From contig OX597819.1 of the NCBI GenBank assembly GCA_951406725.2, positions 69,006,001-69,070,000 of the forward strand: a stretch of DNA of 64,000 bases. Direction: 5' to 3'. Position 1 is the first letter of the stretch. The number at the start of each line of letters is the position of its first letter. Below are positions 55,869 through 64,000 of this stretch, piece by piece. Below the pieces are notes generated by a model. It saw nothing but the letters and a program-made list of their open reading frames with translations. It was not told the origin of the DNA and did no database searches. Made by a program: the position numbers and the translations under genes. Source of the DNA: Octopus vulgaris. Taxonomy: Eukaryota.

Positions 55869-56419
55869 ATTATTATTATTATTATTACTACTACTACTAC
55901 TACTACTACTATTATGAATGTCTGTATATGTGTACGTGTATATTTCTCTCATCAACACCAATACAACCAACAACAGCAACAGTTATATTAGTAGGTGAGA
56001 AAATACGTTTCAAAGGAAAACATATAACGTGGTACTCTGTAGCGTATTTTAAAAGTTGACTGAATGACTTTGATCTTAGGTCTGTGAGGATTGACTTGAA
56101 AGTAAACAGCCGCCACAATACAATTAGCAAGAACAATATGACCGCTACACCCGCAACAACGTCCGCGTACAATCACTAACATCTAAACCAATGAAACCCA
56201 CACTATCCTCACTATCAAACCAACAATGTTTTTAATCGAACTTGCTACAACAGCTATCAGAATGTACGTACGTGCAAGTGTATCTGTGTGTGCGTTTTTG
56301 GACAAATTAGAGAGTTACAGGGGTCAAGACCGGCCACATCGATGCCCACTGCCTTATATTATATTTGTCTTTGATGTGTATATAGTGTATTTAAATAGAT
56401 CATAAATGGTGATTAGTAT

Positions 56420-58680
56420 CACGGGCATCCCCGTGTTACGGATACTCAGGTTATGCGCGGGTGCAGATCTCAGTGGCAGTAGCAACTATTCAATAATTGA
56501 GATTGTGTATGGGTATCTGTGTATGTGTGTGTGCATTACTTACTCTTCCTCAGTCCAATTTTCCATCTCAATTTCATTATTATATCCAAAGGAATAAAAC
56601 ATATTTTCCGCTCTCGTAAAGCAAATCTTACGTGGGCCATTTCTTCTTTAAAACGCCATTGCGGTTTGCTTTACTTTCATTTTCAGATGTCTAGGAAGAA
56701 GCTATCAATTAAACCTAAAGGTATTTGGGTGAAAAGGACGCGTAAGGTGAATATGCTGGTGTTTTAAAAAACCTTGATGCGGAAGTCAAACGACATTTGC
56801 CAAAAACATTAAATCTTGCAACGTCTACAGTAAAAGTAATACGTGACAACAAGAAGAATATTATGTCAGGTGCTGAAGAAGCTACCCCGTTAACTGCCCG
56901 GACCTTATTTTTCCAAACATCTAAAGTAATGCATAATATGGAACGATTTTTCAGTGTATAGATTGAGGATCAAAATCGGCATAATGTGTCAAATAAAGGC
57001 GATGATAATTTATAAAGGCGAAGAATAGGATGCAGAAAGAGAAAAGTGAAAGTTCTGATGAAAAACCATTTTTAATTCGTAATGGTTAATTTGAACCGTT
57101 TAACAAGCTCATGACTGGTGAAATTGTAACACTGATACAGAGGCTGAAAATGATTATCCCGAACAGCTGAGGATTGCTGAAAGGGTCTACACACCTAAAC
57201 AAGTATATGATGTTGATGAGACTGCATTGTTCTGGAAGAACCTGCATGCTAGAACTTTATTTCTTGCGAAGAAAGAGTTAAAGCGTCCAAAATTCGTCTT
57301 TTAGAAGGAAATGCCGCTAGCAATATAAAATTAAAACCACCTCCTCGTGTATTACTCCGAAAATCGAAGGACTTTCTAGTGTAATCTGGCGCTGATTTGA
57401 CTTTCAAATGAGAAGGCGTAGATGACTAAGAGCTTTTTCAAAGAGTGGTTTACAAACCATTTTTTCTCCTGCGTTAGAAAGATACTGTGCCAAGCATAAT
57501 ATTTCTCGCAAAGCATTGCTTATTTTAAACAATGCACATTTTGATAATGTTAGAAGAGAAAATACCCCGAAGAATACAATTTTGCTGCTCCAGCCAAAGG
57601 GATATGAATTGATAGCTACTTTCACGACATAATATATGTGAAGAACTGTCAAACAACTTATGAAAGCAATTGACAGGGAGGATAAAGCTACAGTTAGAGA
57701 TTTCGAGAAGAAATTCAACATAATGCATGCTGTGGGTTATATAACCAATTCAGTGTATGAAATGAAGCATTCGATAGTTTTTAGGAAAACATATCTGGTC
57801 AGACTGTATCCATAACATTACAGTGTTCCTGAAGGAGAAATTCTGAAAGAAATTGTGACACTTGCAAAAGGATGTAGGATTTGAAGAAATCATAGACGAT
57901 GATGTGACTGAGCTGTCAGTGTTCCAGAGAGAGAGAGAGAGACAGACAGAGACAGAGAGAGAGAGTTTGTCTAACGAGGTGCGGATGCTGTTAGAAAACT
58001 AACAGGCTGAGAACACAGATGAGGCAATGGAAATTCCACCTTCACCTCTTAATTTGACAACAAAAATTATTGTTAAAGTTTTGTCACTTACAGAGGTAGG
58101 GTTGCAGGATTTTGTTGAAAACGATCCTAATCATGTACGTAACGTAACAATTACAAGACGTCTTTCAAATGGGCGAAGTTCTTATACTGTGTTCTACAAA
58201 CAGACGACGCGTCATAAACAACAAACATCTTTGAATAAGTTCTTCACCATTCAAGCTGATGTTGTTTATTCCTTCTCGAGCCATGCCTGGCTCATAAGGG
58301 CTGGGTTCCCGGTTTCTTGGCATATAGGTTCCCCAGCTGCACGGGACGCCGGTCCGTCACAGGTGAGCTTCAAGATGCAGGAAGAAAGAGTGAGAGAAAG
58401 TTGTGGCGAAAGAGTCAGCAGAAGTTCGCCAATACTTGCGCCGGAGCCGCGTGGAGCTTAGGTGTTTCGCTCATAAACACACACATCGTCCGATCTAAGA
58501 TTCGAACCCACAATCCCTGGACCGCGAGTCCGCTGCTCTAACCACTAGGCCTTGTGCCCCCCCCCCCACAAGCTGACGTTGGTGATAATAAACAAGAAAA
58601 TAGTAAATATGGTCCCTCATTCTCATAGGAACACTCATTCCATCGCCACAACCCCTCACACAACTGTCAACATCTTTTCT
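56420..58680 (+). mobile_element. Tigger/pogo transposon relic
   Basis: TIR-like CACGGGCATCCCCGTGTTACG. Fragments STVKVIRDNKKNI, MHNMERFFSV*IEDQ, YTPKQVYDVDETALFWK, GNAASNIKLKP, FKEWF, KALLILNNA, KQQTSLNKFF. Confidence 0.85.
58265..58568 (-). mobile_element. tRNA-derived SINE (D-like head) inserted in the Tigger relic with a 13-bp TSD
   Basis: TSD CAAGCTGA(T/C)GTTG at 58252-58264 and 58569-58581. Head GGCCTAGTGGTTAGAGCAGCGGACTCG...GGTTCGAATC. Confidence 0.85.
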
Positions 58681-58884
58681 AGTGAGAATGTTCCCTTACG
58701 ATATTAAGATTTTTATTGATTCCCTAAAGTATTCCACCTGAAATATTTTATTTTGTTTTTACGTATCTATTTGGTACTGTGTCTGTTTAGAAATAGTTAT
58801 TTACATATATAAAGGTGATCGTGTTTTCTTTTTATTCCCTGTTGTTTTCTTAAGCTCCTTTTATTTTCCCAAAATGTCCATACG

Positions 58885-58934
<50 letters not shown>

Positions 58935-59032
58935 CCTACATATTTATGTAAATATATATGAATAAGCATATAAGCAAGCATAAATACATATATCTATCTA
59001 TCTATCTATCTATCTATATATCTATCTATCTA

Positions 59033-59077
<45 letters not shown>

Positions 59078-59113
59078 GTATATCTATATAAGTGTGTGTG
59101 TGTGTGTGTGCAT

Positions 59114-59153
<40 letters not shown>

Positions 59154-59670
59154 GTATTTACATATGTATGCGTGTATATCAGATACACAAACCCATACTA
59201 ACGTAAGACTCATTATGACATTGTTACATAATCCAAAGCGGTTTTAAGAGCGGTGGTGGCATTTTCAATTAAACCTATCTCGCTTACACTACACCGAGTG
59301 ACTCTACGCATTACGCATCACCAGTGACATGTGATTATGGGCCTTTATTTATCAGTAATGCCGATTTAACAACAATTAAAATAAACATTACAAAACCACC
59401 ACAAACAACAATGATAATAGTCATGGCAACTATAACAAATAAACAACAGCTATGTAGAATCGCAAATAATAACAGCATCCACGAGAAAAGCGCACTGGTG
59501 TTATGAATATTTTATAGAAATCCTTTGATCCACATGTTTTAGAATTTATCTGTAGTATTTTTTTTTCTATAATATTAAGCGTATCAATGAAAGATTTCCT
59601 CTCGGATCGGGAGCCCATGGATATAAAGTGGAATTATTCTTATAAATGTCAGTTTAAAAAGTATATATAT

Positions 59671-59738
<68 letters not shown>

Positions 59739-60069
59739 CTCAAATGAATAGTGCGTGTAATAATGAAGCTCTGTTTTGTTTCTGTGATGCCGAGTTTAGT
59801 TATAATGACAGAGTGGGGTGGGGGAGAGGGGGGTCATTGAATAGTTAAGCGGCATGGCGGCCGACTCAACAATTATGAAAGCATTAGGAGGCATAAAATG
59901 AAATACTCTTTATTGTGGATAACAAAAAAAAAAAAAAAACTACAAGATGAAATAAATATCAGCGGCTTAAGCTGATATCAGAAAAAATATAAATATAAAT
60001 ACACATATAAACATATGCATATATACATATATATATATATATATATGAGTGTGTGTGTATGTATTTATA

Positions 60070-60103
<34 letters not shown>

Positions 60104-61045
60104 GATATATATATATATATATACATACATACATATATATATATATATATTTATATATATTTATATATATACACGAGCATACCCTTGTATATCTGAGTAG
60201 AAGCGTATAGAAGTATACATAGATAAGCGCACATACGTGCATACACATATCTACACACTCATAGATATATATATATACAAACATTCATAGATATATATAT
60301 ACAAACATCGGCATACATAAATGTATAAACAATACATATATTTCATGTTCCTTACGTGTATATATCTGCGTGTGTGTATGAGTATGTGTGAGCGTGCTTG
60401 TGAGAGAGAGAGTGTGTGACTGCGTATGTGTGTGTGTATGTATGTGTCTGTGTGCATGTATGTAAGCACGTGTGTATTTGAGCAAATTTGACAGACGAAA
60501 CGATTGGCATTTATGTATTTAGATCCAATAAATCGTAACTTATACGCCAATGCATAATCGAAAAGAATATCTAAATAAGTCAATAAACAAACTATAATAC
60601 AATAACATAAGAAAAATCATATTACTTCCATGAAATTATCTGTGCCCCCCCCTTCCCATACATATATAAGTACACACATAAATACTCATATTCTCATATA
60701 TAGAAAATATATGCGCATGTGGGTGTGTATGCCCCTTGATGTAAATGTATGCAAATCGAAAACGTATTTGCTATTAGATTATAGAATCGATAGGCTTATC
60801 AATAAATTAAGACCGAGTACTGCTTCATAGAATATCATTCATGCTAAACTTCGTTTGCATGTCGTTGAAGGTCACAGAATATTATAGAGATAACGTAAAA
60901 GTTCATAGAAATAACGCTTACTGTATTCGTAAAAATCTGCTTCAATACACGACAGCCTCTCTAGAATATTTCCTTTACCTTTTTCATCTCAATAGCATAT
61001 CCTTTGCACATATACACACGTGCTCACAGATATATTATCTGATAT

Positions 61046-61410
61046 GGAGGCGCAATGGCCCTGTGTTTAGGGCAGCGGACTCGTGGTCGTGGGATTGCGG
61101 TTTCGATTCCCAGACCGGGCGCTGGGAGTGTTTATTGAGCGAAAACACCTAAAGCCCCACGTGGTTCCGGCAGGAGGTGAGTGGCGAACCCTGCTGTACA
61201 CTTTCACCAACAACGTTCTCTCACTCTCTCTTCCTGTTTCTCTTGAACCTGTATTTCAAAGGGGCCAGCCTTGTCACACTCTGTGTCACGCTGAGTCTAC
61301 GAGAACTACGTGAAGGGCACACGTGTCTATGGAGTGCTCAGCCACTTGCACATTAATTTCAGGCTGTTCCGTTAATCCAATCAGCTGCACAACCGATAGA
61401 GTGCCACGAT
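61046..61410 (+). mobile_element. tRNA-derived SINE, family D
   Basis: GGCCCTGTGTTTAGGGCAGCGGACTCGTGGTC...GGTTTCGATTCCC head; the body matches 62325-62635. Confidence 0.85.
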
Positions 61411-61503
61411 TATCTGTGGCTAGTTTATCTACTAAAATCTGATTCAACTGTTTATGATTATACTCACAACTAACTGATATACGTGTGCTCTTGTATGTGT
61501 GTG

Positions 61504-61542
<39 letters not shown>

Positions 61543-62324
61543 GTTGTTAATGTTCAACTTTACATTGAGTTATGATAAAAGCAATTTTGCGTTAATCTGG
61601 TGGGTTACTCTGTACTTTTTAAGATTGCAATTTTATTATTCTTAAAAAATAACATTATTGGCAGTGATTCCGATGTTTCGGATGGCTAAGCCATCACTGT
61701 CAAAAATATTGTTTAAGAATTATATGTGTGTGAGTGTGTGCGTGTTTGTGTATGTATGTATGTGCATGTATATACGCTTATATATATGTATGTGTATGTA
61801 TATATATATATACACAGATGTATGTATATACATATATATTTTATATATATATATATATATGCATCCATGTATTTAAGTTTATATATACATATATATTTGA
61901 TCAAAGATCTCACCCATGTGTTTATTCCCTTATGGAACCATTTAAGCACAGAGACAAACTTATCAGGACACTCATGTTTCCTTAAGATCTTTCAAATGGC
62001 TTTTCCATTTTCAATATCAAAAGCCGTAATTAAAACAACAAAGGCTTCATACAGGCCCACCAACGGTTCAATACTTTATTCCTGAAATTACCTAACAGGA
62101 AAGATTACATCCGTTTCTCACCTGCCTTTCTGAAATAATCCTGAAACTCAGGAAAGAAATCATTGACGATGTTGTTGGGAAGTCTGTCCCACAATATCCT
62201 ACATAATATTGTTTGCGTAACTCAAAGTTACGCGTATTTTACATAGATTCGAAAGAATTGGATTTAGGTGGAACTCAGCAAAAGAGTTCTCAGCGGTAAG
62301 TCTCCAGGGAGAATAAATAAAAGT

Positions 62325-62792
62325 GTGGAGGCACAATGGCCCAGTGGTTAGGGCAGCGGACTCGCGGTCGTGGGATCGCGGTTCCGATTCCCAGACCGAG
62401 CGTTGTGAGTGTTTATTGAGCGAAAACACCTAGAGTTCCACGAGGCCCCGCAAGGGATGGTGGCAATCCCTGCTGTACTCTTTCGCCACAACTTTCTCTC
62501 AGTCTTTCTTCCTGTTTCTGTTGTACCTGTATTTCAAAGGGCCAGCCTTGTCACACTCTGTGTCACGCTGAATGTCCTCGAGTACTACGTTAAGGGTACA
62601 CGTGTCTGTGGAGCGCTCAGCCACTTGCACGTTAATAAATGAGCTGCGACGTCACTGGTGCGAAGCTGCATCGGCCTTTCCCTTGGATAACATCGGTGGC
62701 GTGGAGAGGGGAGGCTGGTATGCGTGGGCGACTGCTGGTCTTCCATAAACAATCTTGCCCAGACTTGTACCTCGGAGGGTAACTTTCTAGGT
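62325..62792 (+). mobile_element. Chimeric SINE (family D 5' part joined to family A 3' part)
   Basis: 62325-62635 matches 61046-61356; 62636-62792 matches 44764-44923. Confidence 0.8.
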
Positions 62793-62814
62793 CACAAATA
62801 TATATATATATATA

Positions 62815-62958
62815 CTTTATTTAAAGCAGCAGAAAATTCAACAAAATCTGTTACAGATTTTGTTGAATTTTCTGCTGCTTTAAATAAAGCATATTACTCT
62901 ACCACTGGTATTTGAGTACTCTTTTTTCCACCTTGTTTCACATTTATGTGTTTACTCC

Positions 62959-62960
<2 letters not shown>
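62815..62960. mobile_element. Perfect 37-bp-arm palindrome plus 70-bp tail, within (TA)n
   Basis: 62815-62851 is the exact reverse complement of 62853-62889. Homologous to 20634-20672 and 32479-32655. Confidence 0.85.
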
Positions 62961-63051
<91 letters not shown>

Positions 63052-63711
63052 AGCTTGTGTGTTATGTATGGAGATAGGTATTTCTTTATCTTCGTCCTCC
63101 TCAATATGTGCTTAGAAACAAGTCGACTTACCATCATATTTTTCTTGTTTGTTTGTTTTTTAAACATATCTGCACGCTGTAGCTTTAAAAGTTTAGGGAC
63201 AAATATAATTAAACACGGAAATATACTTTAACAAGATATATAAGTACATTCATAATCATAGTTTCTTAACAAATGGTCGCGATTTTCGGTCGTGTCATCA
63301 AGTTTAAGAGCAGACACCATATCTCTAATGATGATGTTGACAGAAAAACACCCTAGACTCCATTAATTATGTTTTTTTTTCTCTCGACAGTTGGCTCGGC
63401 TATGAAATCGAGGTCATCATTATATGTCAACGATTGAATTATTATATTTCATACCAATTCTTATCTTCCAGTATTTCATAAAAACAAATTGGTATAATTT
63501 TTATTGCTTTTAATACTCCAGGTTTAACGTATCACCCTCCGTCACCCCTGCTGTAGTATACATCGACTAATGTTCATGTGAATGATGAGTGGTTTCACGC
63601 TGCCAAACGTTTGTTGTTCACTGCTATTCTTCTAATTTTACATTACAATTATTATTTTCAATATTTGTATTCACTTTTATATAGGCACACACACACGCAT
63701 ACGCAAACAAA

Positions 63712-63750
<39 letters not shown>

Positions 63751-64000
63751 ATAATGTGTGTGCGTGTGTGTGTGTAAATATTCAATGCACAGAGACGTAG
63801 GCACACCGATACACATATACACACATTTTAGATACATACAAATAACTGATTATATGAAAGTGTGCATGGGTGTATATATTTGCACATATCCGCTTCTTTC
63901 ATTCTCTCTGTCTCTGTATATAAATAGATAGATAACTAAATAGATAGACAGATAGATAGATAGATAAATAGATAGATAGATAGATAGATAGATATATAGA

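Noticed and set aside
59740-59920. TAAT-rich unique segments as enhancers (also 33500-33660 and 42400-42900)
   Set aside because: Such motifs are expected by chance in AT-rich DNA; cross-species conservation data would be needed.
61658-61705. Hammerhead-like hairpin (GATGG-ctaag-CCATC next to TTTCG); similar trace at 43884-43945
   Set aside because: The CUGANGA core is missing or too decayed to call.

Overview
AT-rich, microsatellite-saturated animal DNA. The tRNA-derived SINE repertoire and repeat style suggest a cephalopod such as Octopus (inference). No host gene could be supported, so this is probably intergenic or a large intron. Nearly all listed ORFs are artefacts of (TA)n, (CA)n, (GAA)n or (ATT)n repeats. 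The only long real coding region is a young Penelope-like retroelement (PLE; RT plus C-terminal GIY-YIG, probably Naiad-type) at 24572-27806. It is 5'-truncated, has one frameshift, is bracketed by nearly identical inverted ~490-bp pseudo-LTRs each carrying a minimal hammerhead ribozyme, and sits in a (TA)n tract. Around it are about 17 intact or degenerate hammerhead motifs in short non-coding (TA)n-associated elements, in fold-back insertions (one folds exactly at the predicted ribozyme cleavage site) and in a tRNA-headed SINE. Also present: older PLE relics, R4/Dong-type and CR1-type LINE fragments, Tc1, mariner and Tigger relics, two MITEs and many SINE copies. All calls are by eye; many boundaries are approximate.
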